Positions 47,989 to 58,239 of a stretch of 64,000 nt of DNA are shown here, piece by piece. This stretch comes from a candidate division FCPU426 bacterium (GTDB taxonomy: Bacteria; Oederibacteriota; JAUXIB01), in contig JAUXIB010000001.1 of the NCBI GenBank assembly GCA_030621225.1, positions 1,253 through 65,252 of the forward strand, in the 5' to 3' direction. Below the pieces are notes generated by a model, which did not search any database, was not told the origin of the DNA, and worked only from the letters and a program-made list of their open reading frames with translations. A program made the position numbers and the translations under genes. The number at the start of each line of letters is the position of its first letter. The stretch's first letter is position 1.

Positions 47989-49167
47989 ATGCGTCGAGAA
48001 GCTTGGGCCTGGTGTAGTTATGATTTCGCCAACACCATATTCTCTATGGTGGTGGTCAGTCTTACTTTTCCTCTCTACCTTAATACCCTCAGCGGTAGGG
48101 ACGCTCCCGCGGGATGGGCTAATTCGCTCTCTATGCTTGCCGCCGCGTTGACTGTTCCCCTCGCCGGGATCCTGGCTGACCGTACCGGGAGAGGCCGACG
48201 GTTTCTTTTTCAAACTACCCTGCTTTGTTGTGTGTTTACTGCGTTCCTGGGTTGCGGAGAGCGTATCTGGACGTTAGTGCTGGCGTTTGCCGTCGCTAAT
48301 TATTTTTACCAGATCGGCCTGGTCTTCTATAATTCGCTATTGACTGCGGTCAGTTCGCCGCGGCAGCGTGGCAAGGTATCCGGCTGGGGGGTGTCGCTTG
48401 GTTACCTTGGTTCTATCTGTGGCTTGCTGGTCGCCGGAGTGATTCAGAACCGTTACGGATTGCCGGCGGTTTTCTATGCGGCGGCGGTTTTGTTCTTTTT
48501 TACCGCGTTGCCGATTTTTTTTTTAGTCCCCTCAGTTCGGCGGGAGAAACCGATCACTTGGTCGGCGTTGGTTGACGGATGGGCTCAGGTGATCAGGACA
48601 TTATCTACCGTGTGGCGAGCGAGGCGCAGCCGAAATTTTTTTCTGGCAAAGTTCTTCTATACTGAGGCTATGAATACCATCATAGTTTTCATGTCTGTCT
48701 ACGCTGTGCGGGCGGTGGGCTTTGACATGGGAGAAGTAAAGTCAGTGATGATCGCCTTGACGGTCTCCGCGGTCATCGGCGCGGTGATAATTGGCAGGTT
48801 GGTAGATTCCCTTGGAGCGTCGCGGGTGCTCTTGGGGATTGTCCTGCTTTGGGCGCTAGTAATAATTGGCCTGATATTTTTGCCCGGAAAAGCGGCGTTT
48901 TATATGTTAGGTTCTTTGGCTGGGGCGCTACTGGGAGGGGTGTGGACCAGCGACCGGGTGGTGCTTATCTCGCTGGCGCCACGCGGGCAACTCAACGAGT
49001 ATTTTGGGCTCTATGGTTTGGTGGGAAAAGCTTCGGCTGTTTTTGGCCCGGTTACCTTTGGCCTTACCGCGGATGCTTTTGGCTACGCTTGGGCGATGGG
49101 TACGGTGCTGGTTATGCTGCTTTGCGGTTTATTTTTTCTTCTGGCTTTTCGCCGGGCAGGTGCTTAA
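47989..49167 (+). CDS. MFS transporter.
   Basis: 12 predicted TM helices, and DRTGRGRRF-like loop 2-3. Confidence 0.7.
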   Translation: MRREAWAWCSYDFANTIFSMVVVSLTFPLYLNTLSGRDAPAGWANSLSMLAAALTVPLAGILADRTGRGRRFLFQTTLLCCVFTAFLGCGERIWTLVLAFAVANYFYQIGLVFYNSLLTAVSSPRQRGKVSGWGVSLGYLGSICGLLVAGVIQNRYGLPAVFYAAAVLFFFTALPIFFLVPSVRREKPITWSALVDGWAQVIRTLSTVWRARRSRNFFLAKFFYTEAMNTIIVFMSVYAVRAVGFDMGEVKSVMIALTVSAVIGAVIIGRLVDSLGASRVLLGIVLLWALVIIGLIFLPGKAAFYMLGSLAGALLGGVWTSDRVVLISLAPRGQLNEYFGLYGLVGKASAVFGPVTFGLTADAFGYAWAMGTVLVMLLCGLFFLLAFRRAGA

Positions 49168-49396
49168 TGTCGCATACCGCATATTGTATATCGGATGTCG
49201 TTGGCATTCAGCATTCAGAACTCATAATTCAGAATTCCTTGCAACCTTTAACTTTTTAACCTGTGGCCTGCTAACCCCTTGCCTTCCCTGTTTGGAAATG
49301 ATATTATAACCGCGCTTTAATCTAATCGCCGCGGGCAAATGCAATGTGCCAAAGTGCCACGCCTGCCTTGCCTGCGGGTATCTATGAGGAGCTTCT

Positions 49397-50161
49397 TTGC
49401 CGGGAAAAATTATAGCTGTAACAAATCAGAAGGGCGGCGTTGGCAAGACAACTACCGCGGTTAACCTTGGTTGCGCGCTAGGGGTGCTGGGACGAAAGGT
49501 GATGCTGGTAGACGCTGACCCGCAGAGTAACGCTACCAGCGGCTTGGGTGTCAGCGCTGCTGCCGGGGCAAGCGTCTATGAGTTGTTGTTGGGCGAGGTA
49601 TCTCTAGCGGATGTCCTTTTGCCGGATGTTTCGGAGAATGTCTCCCTATTGCCTGCCGCTACATGTTTAACGGGCGCGGAGATAGAGCTGGTGGGCATGG
49701 AGAATCGCGAAACGAGGCTGGGGGTTTCGCTTAAGCCGGCGCGGCGGGGATATGATTTTATAATCATCGATTGCCCCCCTTCTTTAGGGCTGCTGACCCT
49801 GAATGCTTTGAGCGCTGCCGATGGGGTGTTGATCCCGATACAGTGCGAATATTATGCGCTGGAGGGGGTGGGGCACCTTTTGGATTCCATCAACCGTATT
49901 AAGCGTTCCCTGAACAAAAAACTTTCTATTGAAGGGGTGGTGTTGACGATGCTGGATACACGTACTAACCTGGCTCAGCAGGTGGCGGAGCATGTCAGGG
50001 AGGTTTTTGGCGAGAAGGTGTTCAAAACCGCTGTACCGCGCAACGTGCGGCTTAGCGAGGCTCCGAGCTTTGGCCAAGATATTTTCCGCTACGCGAAACG
50101 GTCGCGGGGTGGGGAGGCGTATTTGGAATTGGCGAAGGAAGTCATTGCGCGAGGTGGCTGA
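49397..50161 (+). CDS. parA: Chromosome partitioning ATPase ParA/Soj.
   Basis: TTG start 5 nt after AGGAG. Walker A KIIAVTNQKGGVGKTTTAVNLG. Confidence 0.85.
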   Translation: MPGKIIAVTNQKGGVGKTTTAVNLGCALGVLGRKVMLVDADPQSNATSGLGVSAAAGASVYELLLGEVSLADVLLPDVSENVSLLPAATCLTGAEIELVGMENRETRLGVSLKPARRGYDFIIIDCPPSLGLLTLNALSAADGVLIPIQCEYYALEGVGHLLDSINRIKRSLNKKLSIEGVVLTMLDTRTNLAQQVAEHVREVFGEKVFKTAVPRNVRLSEAPSFGQDIFRYAKRSRGGEAYLELAKEVIARGG

Positions 50162-50183
50162 ACAGGTTGCCGCGGGTCGCTAG

Positions 50184-50231
50184 CCCTTCGTTTTCCCTCA
50201 GGGCCGTCTTTGCCCTGAGCTTGTCGAAGGG
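50184..50231. terminator. Nested-hairpin element (CCCTTCG...CGAAGGG around CCTCAGGGC...GCCCTGAG), REP-like or terminator-like, placed after parA.
   Basis: Perfect nested inverted repeats. Related copies occur at 58150-58235, 8200-8240 and 37630-37680. Confidence 0.45.
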
Positions 50232-50321
50232 TCGCTGGTTTCTAGTCTGAATCATCAGCAAGAGTTGCACTAGCGACAAGAGACGAGAGACGAGTGATAG
50301 AGCATTTATGGGAGAAATGAT

Positions 50322-51179
50322 ATGGCTAAGAAAAAAGCACTAGGTAGAGGCATAGCGGCGCTGATCCCGGAACGCGAGGCCAAACCGGTGGCAAAAGAAA
50401 ACCAAGGCGGCTTGCGCGAGCTGCCGCTGGACGAGATAGTTCCTAACCCTTTTCAACCGCGGCATGATTTTTCGCGAGAGGGGCTGGAGGAATTAGCTTC
50501 TTCCATACGTGAGAAGGGTATTATTGATCCCTTGCGGGTAAGGCGGCGTAAAAACGTCTACCAATTAGTTTACGGTGAGCGGCGGCTGCGAGCGGCGCGG
50601 CTGGCCGGGTTAAAGAAGGCGCCGGTAATCGTCAGCGAATTTGCGGATCAGGATATGTTGGAGGTTGCCCTGGTAGAGAACGTACAGCGACGGGATCTTA
50701 ATCCCTTGGAAGAGGCGGCTGCCTATCAGGATATTATCAAGCGCGGCGCCAGCCAGGAAGCGGTGGCCAAGAAGGTGGGCAAAGACCGGGCCAGCGTTGC
50801 CAATAGCTTGCGTCTGCTTCGTTTGCCCGCGGAAGTGAAAGAACTGCTGTGCGCGGAAAAACTAGGTATGGGTCATGCGCGGGCGCTACTGTCGTTGCCC
50901 AATAAACCGGCGATGATTCGTTTGGCTCGACAAACTGTACGTCAGGGGTTATCGGTACGGCAGGTGGAGAAATTGGCTGGTATTGGCGGGACGGGTAAGA
51001 AAGGTCGAAAAAAGCCGACGGAGAAGAATGCCGAGGTGGAACGTATTGCAGACCGTTTGCGTCGCGTCCTGGGTACTAAGGTAATTGTCAATTATAAGCG
51101 TGGGCGTGGCATGATAAGTATACATTTCTTTAATGATGAAGATCTGGAAAGATTGGTAGAAATTATTGGTATTAAATGA
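50322..51179 (+). CDS. parB: Chromosome partitioning protein ParB/Spo0J.
   Basis: ParB box ELPLDEIVPNPFQPR and an HTH segment. Confidence 0.85.
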   Translation: MAKKKALGRGIAALIPEREAKPVAKENQGGLRELPLDEIVPNPFQPRHDFSREGLEELASSIREKGIIDPLRVRRRKNVYQLVYGERRLRAARLAGLKKAPVIVSEFADQDMLEVALVENVQRRDLNPLEEAAAYQDIIKRGASQEAVAKKVGKDRASVANSLRLLRLPAEVKELLCAEKLGMGHARALLSLPNKPAMIRLARQTVRQGLSVRQVEKLAGIGGTGKKGRKKPTEKNAEVERIADRLRRVLGTKVIVNYKRGRGMISIHFFNDEDLERLVEIIGIK

Positions 51180-51391
51180 CGGGCAAGGGGACGCTTTTCT
51201 ACATTATATGTGGGAACTTCCCGGCGGGTAAGTAATGGGTATCCTTGTAATTCGTGGAAAAGCGCCGTTATTTCGCGTTTTTCGCGTAAAGCAGCCCCCT
51301 ACTGGCTACTAAAAATCCTTGACATTTTTGCTCAAAAAAAATAGAATATTGGCTGGTTATGGGGGTGCGGTAAAATACAGGAGGTAGTGAA

Positions 51392-51676
51392 GTGCCACAG
51401 ACCAAAGCAGAGATTGTTAGCGCTAAAATTCAAGAGGAAATGAAAAGGGTTGCGCCGCACGCGAAGGTACGGGTGGATTTCGAGGGCCATAATGACGATG
51501 GTGCTGATATCTATATTTATGCGCCGCGTAAACACACCGATATGTTGGCGTCCCGCGCTAAAAAATTGCGTGACTCTATGGTAAAGGGTGACCAGTTTTT
51601 AACTATCAGGATACTTGCTGAAGATATTGAGAACATGAGTGAAGAGGCAAAGAAGAAATACGGGATTACCGCCTAA
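51392..51676 (+). CDS. Hypothetical small protein.
   Basis: GTG start after AGGAGG. 94 aa. Confidence 0.3.
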   Translation: MPQTKAEIVSAKIQEEMKRVAPHAKVRVDFEGHNDDGADIYIYAPRKHTDMLASRAKKLRDSMVKGDQFLTIRILAEDIENMSEEAKKKYGITA

Positions 51677-51772
51677 GGAGTTTTTGCGGGTGCTGATTCC
51701 GGCGGTTTCGGGCGAGCTTACTTGTCAATAGCCGAATGGGGTCAGGATCCCCTTGGCATAAATGGGTAGAAA

Positions 51773-52696
51773 ATGTTTAGGAGATTAAAGGCAGCCTTGA
51801 AGCGTAAGATTACCATTATGGTGATCAATCACGATGGCAGTAAAGTCCGCCAGGTGAGCCTGAGCCAGCTTATTATCTGCTTGTTTATCATTCTTATGTC
51901 CAGTGCTTTCTGCTGGTCGTTTCTTATTGTCAGTAAAAACGTGGATTATCGGTTTGCCAAATGGGAGTTGGCCAAAGCCCGCAAGCACTTGGAGGTAATC
52001 AGCGGTGAGTGGAATAAGTATCGGCAGACTCTGACTGGTTTCTCGATGTTGGAAGGGAAGGTGCGCGAGATGCTGGCGATGAAAAAGCGGGATACGATAA
52101 TCAAATTCACCGGGCTGGGCGGGCCGGGGGAGAGCGATGAGGTCCAGATCAACCGTTGGTTGAAGGAAAATGAGCAGCAGTTCCGCTTGCGTGTGGAAAA
52201 AGAGTTGGGAAGTTTGGCCGCAGGGGCCAGCAAGCAGACTGAAAGATTTCAGGCGCTGGAGAAGCAGCTAGCCAAGCAGAAATCGCTGATGGAGGCCCGT
52301 CCCTGTGGCTGGCCGGTAAAGGGATGGATAACCTCAGGCTTTGGGCCGCGAAATCATCCCACCAAGAAAAAGATAATGCAGCATAACGGCATCGATATCG
52401 CTAATGAGGTAGGCACTCCGGTAAGATCTACCGCCCCCGGACTTGTTACTTTTGCCGGTTGGACGAAAGGGTATGGTCGAGTGATGATTATAGACCATGG
52501 CTACGGTTGGTCCACTCGTTATGGGCACTTAACGAGGTTTAAAACTAAAGTTGGGCGGCGTGTGCTGCGTGGGGAAGTGATCGCTTATCTTGGAAATAGC
52601 GGAGAAAGCACTGGGCCGCATTTGCAGTATGAGGTGCGTCGTCATAGTGTACCGCAAGATCCTGCTAAATATTTGGAACAGAAGACAGACTTATAG
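51773..52696 (+). CDS. M23-family metallo-endopeptidase with an N-terminal TM helix and coiled coil.
   Basis: HNGIDIANEVGTPVRSTAPGLV...IDHGYGWSTRYGHL. Confidence 0.75.
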   Translation: MFRRLKAALKRKITIMVINHDGSKVRQVSLSQLIICLFIILMSSAFCWSFLIVSKNVDYRFAKWELAKARKHLEVISGEWNKYRQTLTGFSMLEGKVREMLAMKKRDTIIKFTGLGGPGESDEVQINRWLKENEQQFRLRVEKELGSLAAGASKQTERFQALEKQLAKQKSLMEARPCGWPVKGWITSGFGPRNHPTKKKIMQHNGIDIANEVGTPVRSTAPGLVTFAGWTKGYGRVMIIDHGYGWSTRYGHLTRFKTKVGRRVLRGEVIAYLGNSGESTGPHLQYEVRRHSVPQDPAKYLEQKTDL

Positions 52697-52735
52697 TAGA
52701 AGCGGCAAGCATTTTGGTTGTTAGCCGGGGAAATC

Positions 52736-53107
52736 ATGAAGATAGACACCGTAATAGGCAATAAGACTAGGATCAAAGGTGATATTAAGAGTAGTGGGGC
52801 CGTGCGTGTTGACGGGCGGGTCGATGGTTCGGTGAGTGGGAACGATGGTGTCATCGTCGGAGAATCAGGGACGATCAATGGTAACGTTCGTTGTAAGGAC
52901 GCTGTTGTCGGCGGCAGGATAGAAGGTAATCTCTATGCCAAGAATAAGGTAGAGCTTTTGCGTACTGCTTGTGTTCAGGGAGACATCAGTTATGGGCGTT
53001 TGTTGATGGAGGAGGGCGTCCAGTTTGAGGGGCGTTGTGTGAAGGATAAGGAAGGCGAAACTGAGAAGAAGCACCGTTGGCGTGATTCGGGCGAAGCGGC
53101 ATCGTGA
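52736..53107 (+). CDS. Bactofilin (CcmA-like polymer-forming cytoskeletal protein).
   Basis: Beta-helical repeats IKGDIKSSGAVRVDGRVDGSV...INGNVRCKDAVVGGRIEGNL. Confidence 0.7.
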   Translation: MKIDTVIGNKTRIKGDIKSSGAVRVDGRVDGSVSGNDGVIVGESGTINGNVRCKDAVVGGRIEGNLYAKNKVELLRTACVQGDISYGRLLMEEGVQFEGRCVKDKEGETEKKHRWRDSGEAAS

Positions 53108-53703
53108 ATTTAATTAGCATTCCGAGGCGGTTTCTAGTTGCTAATCCTGAGCAACGTCGAAGGGCGAGCAACGACTTGATGATTTATTCCAAGGCAAAAT
53201 ATCTGGCCGTATTCATAATTCTTGTCCTACTGTCTCAACTCCATTTGAGCGCACTCTACTGGGAAGATGATTTTCCCGCCAATGATCCTGAAAACGCCTA
53301 CCGGGTGCCCAAGGGGTGTGTGCTTGGTCCTATCTGGGATCGGGTGAAAAGGAACACAACCAGTCTTTCTAACTTCTTGCTCTATGGCGGCAAGGAGCCG
53401 GCAGATATGGGTCCGCCTATCAATAAGCGTAAGAAGGGAATGATCGTGCTCGGGTGCGGTGTCTTGGGGGGAGTGACCGGGGCCATGATCGGGCTGGTGA
53501 CTGAGCAGGAGGGTAGGGAACAGACAATTCACCGGGCCACTTCTGTGGGCATTGGTGTAATGTGTGGGATCGTTGTGGGGATATGGGTGGTTCCGGAGAG
53601 CTTCAGCTATGATGACCAGGCGCGTTGGCGTGTTCGTCCCCTGCGCACGGCCGCAGTTCCACGGCGGGAGTTGAAAGCGACGCTGTGGCGGGGTAGGTTC
53701 TGA
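53104..53703 (+). CDS. Hypothetical membrane protein.
   Basis: 199-aa ORF with a TM helix and a Gly-rich TM segment. Confidence 0.3.
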   Translation: MNLISIPRRFLVANPEQRRRASNDLMIYSKAKYLAVFIILVLLSQLHLSALYWEDDFPANDPENAYRVPKGCVLGPIWDRVKRNTTSLSNFLLYGGKEPADMGPPINKRKKGMIVLGCGVLGGVTGAMIGLVTEQEGREQTIHRATSVGIGVMCGIVVGIWVVPESFSYDDQARWRVRPLRTAAVPRRELKATLWRGRF

Positions 53704-53722
53704 TAAGAAAATTAAGGTGACT

Positions 53723-55453
53723 ATGAAATATTTGCGGATGAAGGCCGCGGGGCCTTTTTTCTTTTTAATATTGGTGCTGTCAGGATGCGTCGGTGTTGAG
53801 CGGCAGGTAGCATCGACCGTTGGGCCGGACAAAGCGATGGAGGCCAGGGCTCTTTCTCATTATGCCCGGGGTCGCTTGGCTGAGCAGGCAGACGATTATC
53901 AGAAAGCGGCGGATGAGTTTTACCGGGCGCTGACTTACGACAAAAATTCCACCTATATCGGTCAAGCCCTGTTGGCAAATGCCTTGCGCGCGGCAGGGAG
54001 CGAGGAGAAGATAGATGCCGTTGCGGATGCCTATCAAGGCAAGGAAGATGTTTCTTTGCTGCTTCAGCTGGGCGAGGCCTATTTAAAAGCGGGTAACTCG
54101 GAAAAGGCTCTGCGCAGCTACGAGTTGGCCGGTCGACTGGCGCCGGAGATGATGGAGCCTATCTTCTACCTGGGATATGTCCGTTATCAGCGGGGCGAAT
54201 ACGGAAAGGCGGTAACCCATTACCGGCATGCTATACGCGTGTGCTCCGAGGGAAAGGCGCTTGTTTACTATTATCTTGCTTTAGCGCTAGAGCGCATGGA
54301 ACTCTATGAACAAGCCATAGGGAATTTGCTGAGTGCGCTGAAACTGGATCCTGTTGATCAGGATAGTTTATATCATTTGGCTGTAAACTATGAGCAGCAG
54401 GGGGAGCTGGAGCGGGCGGCGGAAACATATCGTAAATTACTGGTCTTGCGGCCGCAAGAGGCGCGTATACGGCAGCGACTGGTAGAGATCTACTATCAGG
54501 AGAGAAAGTGGCCTCAGGCGATCGCTGAGTTGGGGGGGCTGATTCAGTTTGCCCCCGAGAACTTGGCGTTGCGTGTGCAGCGCGGCCAAGCCTATTATCT
54601 CAGTGGTGACTATATCCGGGCGATAGAGGATTTTGCTTATGTTGTAGAGAAGGATCCAATTGATACTGAGGCGCGTTTTCGCTTGGGGGTGGCTCTGGAG
54701 ACGTCCGGTCGAACCGCCGAAGCAGAGTCCGTTTACCAGTTACTACTGGGACAGGGAGGACCCAAGGCGGAAGTGCTGGTTAGCTTAGCGCGCGTCTATA
54801 GCAAATTGGAAAAGGAGCAGGAAATGATTGCCGCTCTGGAGGAAGCCGTTGTGTTGGCGGGAGAGGACATTGAAATCCGTCTTTTTCTTGCGCATGGTTA
54901 TTTTCTTGCCGAGCAGATCGAAAAAGCGGCAGACGTTTATCGGAGCATTACTGAGCTGGATGCGGACAATGTGGATGCCCGTTTCAATTTGGGTATCATC
55001 TACGACAGGTTGGGCGAGGGGGAGAAAGCGGTTGTTGAGTTTCGGCAGGTGCTCCGAATAGATCCCGCCAATGCTGACGCTTATAACTATATTGGTTATA
55101 CTTACGCGGAAAAGGGGATCCACCTGGATGAAGCTATTCAGTTGATCGAGAAAGCGCTACGTTTGGATCCGGATAATGGCTATTACTTGGACAGCTTGGG
55201 CTGGGCGTACTATCGCAAGGGACGGCTGAAGAAAGCGGAGCAGGAACTGCTGCGTGCGGTATCCAGCATCAAGGGGGTTGGTAATGAAGACGCGATAGTT
55301 TATGAGCATCTCGGTGATGTCTATCACGGACGTGGTAAGGAAGAAAAGGCCTTGATCGAATGGAAGCGTGCCCTGGAGCTTGCTCCGGCGAACGAGGTGT
55401 TGAAGAAAAAAATAACGGGTAAAGAAACAGAGTTGAAATCCCATGCTGATTGA
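53723..55453 (+). CDS. TPR-repeat lipoprotein.
   Basis: Lipobox LVLSGC, and more than ten TPR units. Confidence 0.6.
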   Translation: MKYLRMKAAGPFFFLILVLSGCVGVERQVASTVGPDKAMEARALSHYARGRLAEQADDYQKAADEFYRALTYDKNSTYIGQALLANALRAAGSEEKIDAVADAYQGKEDVSLLLQLGEAYLKAGNSEKALRSYELAGRLAPEMMEPIFYLGYVRYQRGEYGKAVTHYRHAIRVCSEGKALVYYYLALALERMELYEQAIGNLLSALKLDPVDQDSLYHLAVNYEQQGELERAAETYRKLLVLRPQEARIRQRLVEIYYQERKWPQAIAELGGLIQFAPENLALRVQRGQAYYLSGDYIRAIEDFAYVVEKDPIDTEARFRLGVALETSGRTAEAESVYQLLLGQGGPKAEVLVSLARVYSKLEKEQEMIAALEEAVVLAGEDIEIRLFLAHGYFLAEQIEKAADVYRSITELDADNVDARFNLGIIYDRLGEGEKAVVEFRQVLRIDPANADAYNYIGYTYAEKGIHLDEAIQLIEKALRLDPDNGYYLDSLGWAYYRKGRLKKAEQELLRAVSSIKGVGNEDAIVYEHLGDVYHGRGKEEKALIEWKRALELAPANEVLKKKITGKETELKSHAD

Positions 55454-56339
55454 GGCCCCAGCCAAAATAAATCTTGCTCTTAACGTGGTGGGGCGACGCC
55501 GGGATGGTTACCATTTAGTGGAGAGCGTGCTTCAGGCCATTAGCCTCTATGATCGCTTGGAAGTGGAAGCGGGGGAAGGGGCGCCGGAACTGCGGTGTGA
55601 CCTGCCCGAGTTGGAGGGGGAAGATAATCTGGTGTTGCGCGCCGCGCGGCTATTACGGCAAGAGTATGGCGTAACCCAGGGATGCCGGATAGAACTGGTC
55701 AAGAGCATCCCCATAGCTGCCGGGCTGGGCGGGGGAAGTAGTGATGCCGCGGCGACACTGCTTGCTCTTAATGAGCTTTGGCAGCTTGGCTTGGAAAGGG
55801 ATACTCTGTTTTCTTTGGCGGCGCGTTTGGGCAGTGATGTTCCTTTTTTCATTGCCGGCGGCACGGCTTTTGTTGAGGGGCGCGGTGAGATAATAAACTC
55901 TTTACCGGGACTGCCCCGGCTTGACCTTGTTTTGGTCAAGCCGGATTTTACTCTTTTAGCCGGTGAGGTCTATGCAGCAGGGGATTTTGCCTTGACAGGT
56001 AATAAAGGAAGTGCTAGATTGCTTGCCCTGGAGTTGGAGAGGATGTCGCGGCAGCTTGTCACATCGAAACCGAAAACAGTCGGTTCTGACGGTAACTTCA
56101 CGCGAAGTTTGCACATCGGTGAATTTCTAGTTAATGACCTGGAAAGCGGCGCTTTTGTATTGCGACCAGAACTAAGGGATCTGAAAGAGGAGCTTACCGC
56201 TGTTTGTGGTGGTGGGGTGCTGATGAGTGGGAGTGGCCCCACTTTTTTTACTGTATGCCGTGACCAGGCCGAGGCGCAGGAAAGGGCGGAGTTGTTAGAG
56301 AAGGCGGGACATGAGGTTTTCGTGGCACATACGGTTTAG
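55443..56339 (+). CDS. ispE: 4-diphosphocytidyl-2-C-methyl-D-erythritol kinase.
   Basis: MLIEAPAKINLALNVVGRRRDGYH and the GHMP kinase motif PIAAGLGGGSSDAAA. Confidence 0.8.
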   Translation: MLIEAPAKINLALNVVGRRRDGYHLVESVLQAISLYDRLEVEAGEGAPELRCDLPELEGEDNLVLRAARLLRQEYGVTQGCRIELVKSIPIAAGLGGGSSDAAATLLALNELWQLGLERDTLFSLAARLGSDVPFFIAGGTAFVEGRGEIINSLPGLPRLDLVLVKPDFTLLAGEVYAAGDFALTGNKGSARLLALELERMSRQLVTSKPKTVGSDGNFTRSLHIGEFLVNDLESGAFVLRPELRDLKEELTAVCGGGVLMSGSGPTFFTVCRDQAEAQERAELLEKAGHEVFVAHTV

Positions 56340-56413
56340 CGTCGAATGTCGGCACGTCGAAGGTCGAACGTTGCCCAATGACGTTAGATGTTAAGATGAA
56401 AAGGGGAATAAAC

Positions 56414-56995
56414 ATGACAATGTTTTGCGGTAAGTGTGGGACAAAAAGAGACTCGCGCAGCAAGTATTGCATAAGTTGTGGTTATGAATTTAAGACACCG
56501 TTCAAGGAAGAAGATGCGAAAAAATCCGCGAAGGAAAAACCGATCTCTGGGATTGCACGCCCCACCTGGGTGAGGGTGATGATCGTTTTAGGCGGAATAA
56601 GCGGTGTGGTGCTTGCGGTGTTGCTGGTGTTTCGGTTGGCGACCGGCTCGTTTCATAAAAAGGAGAAGGTAAGTGACACTACGGTAGCGGAGGGTGGTTC
56701 GCCGCTTAGTTTGGTTGACCAGGCGCAAGCCAAAGCTGATGCCGGGGATCTTGATGGAGCGATAAAACAGCTGGAAGATTTCACCAAGAATAACCCGAAC
56801 GAGGGCGTTTTTTACTGGTATTTAGCTGATTTCTATAAGGAGCAGGGGGATCTAGAGGCCGGGATAAAGACTTTAGAAAAATGTTATAATTGCTACAAGG
56901 ATGATAGTTTTTGGGGGGCCGAGACGTTGAAAAAGAAGGAAGAATTCAGGCAGGAATTATTGCGGATTAAGGGCAGGGGAAAAGAGGCCAAGTGA
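56414..56995 (+). CDS. Zinc-ribbon, TM helix and TPR protein.
   Basis: CGKCG...CISCG ribbon, a TM helix, and a C-terminal TPR. Confidence 0.4.
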   Translation: MTMFCGKCGTKRDSRSKYCISCGYEFKTPFKEEDAKKSAKEKPISGIARPTWVRVMIVLGGISGVVLAVLLVFRLATGSFHKKEKVSDTTVAEGGSPLSLVDQAQAKADAGDLDGAIKQLEDFTKNNPNEGVFYWYLADFYKEQGDLEAGIKTLEKCYNCYKDDSFWGAETLKKKEEFRQELLRIKGRGKEAK

Positions 56996-57378
56996 CTAAA
57001 GGTGAGTTGTGGATAGAGAAACGGCGGCACGAAAGATTGGAACTCAGTTTTTCTGTGAGTTATCACCTGCTGAGCGCTGGTGCTGGTGTCAAGGATGATC
57101 AGGCGCAGATTGCGAATATGAGCCGTGGCGGTATCCGTCTGGTGACTTGGGAAGATGTCCAAGTGGGTTCCACTATTCATTTGAAGATATTTTTGCCTGA
57201 CGAATTACCTCCGGTAACAGGGACTGCGCGGACAGTCTGGCGTAGAGAGAAGGGCAAAGATGAAAAAGGCAGAACTGAATATCATATAGGTTTGAAATTC
57301 GTGGAGTTGGAGAGCAAGGGACAGGATTTGGTTACTCGGTTCATGACGGAAAATTTGAAGAAGATGTCGGGATTATGA
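56992..57378 (+). CDS. PilZ-domain protein (c-di-GMP-binding).
   Basis: RRHERL (RxxxR) and a D.S.GG-type motif (MSRGGIRL). Confidence 0.55.
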   Translation: MTKGELWIEKRRHERLELSFSVSYHLLSAGAGVKDDQAQIANMSRGGIRLVTWEDVQVGSTIHLKIFLPDELPPVTGTARTVWRREKGKDEKGRTEYHIGLKFVELESKGQDLVTRFMTENLKKMSGL

Positions 57379-57698
57379 TTTTTGCGACAGGGACGCGAAA
57401 GTCACAGAGTAGGTGAGCAGGGAGAGTATATAGAGCAGGTAAATCGACTGCGAACCAGAGGGCCGAGCTTCCATAATTTTTTATATCATAGCTCGGGTCA
57501 TGCTGGCACCATAAAACATTTAATAGTGCAGTGCGGTCTACTGCTCTGTTGATCGGGTTGTTTTCGAGCATTCGAGATTCGATATTGGACCGCATTCAAA
57601 AATCCGAGCTAGTCTAATTTCAAATCTCGATTTTCGAATGCTCTGTGATTCTGTGGCAGGGGCAGTTACCTGGGGAAGGGTCCCTGCCACAGAATCAC

Positions 57699-57775
57699 GG
57701 CGGTGTAGCTCAGGTGGTTAGAGCACGCGGCTCATATCCGCGGCGTCGGAGGTTCGACTCCTCCCACCGCCACCA
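57699..57775 (+). tRNA. tRNA-Met (anticodon CAT, elongator type or Ile2-type); CCA is encoded.
   Basis: Manual cloverleaf: acceptor GGCGGTG/CACCGCC, D-arm GCTCAGGTGGTTAGAGC, anticodon stem CGCGG with loop CTCATAT, and T-arm GGAGGTTCGACTCCTCC. Confidence 0.85.
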
Positions 57776-58239
57776 ATTTCCCGCAGTGCGGTAAATTGGT
57801 GGATTAAATTATAGGACGAACCTCCGGCGCAGAGGGGGTGTGGGGGAGAGGATTCTCACCCACGATGCGAGGGGGGGACAGTGACGGCGCCTGGTTTTAT
57901 CCAAGCGCCGGAGCGCCAGGGGGGAATCTTCCCCCGTGGGGAGGAGCTGCTCCGACCGGAGGACGGTCGACTCCTCCCATCGCCACCAGCCCCCATGTCT
58001 TCCTGGCGGAAGACAGGAATGGGGGCAGAGCAGTCGAGCGGTAGACAGTAGAACAGTAGATTACGGCGAGACTGCGGTCTACTGTCTCCTGATCTCCCGT
58101 TCAAGATAAGGGGTAAAATTGGTGGAGTAATCTATTCTCGGACTGACGACCAATAACCAGCAACCCTTCGACTCGCTTCGCTCGCTCAGGGCTAGAAGGG
58201 CCCTGAGGGCAATCGAAGGGCTAACAACTGCTTCTCATC

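Noticed and set aside
57912-57989. Second tRNA gene downstream of tRNA-Met.
   Set aside because: Only the T-arm and 3' acceptor strand are present. There is no complementary 5' acceptor strand or D-arm, so it is interpreted as a 3'-end duplicate or att scar rather than a tRNA.
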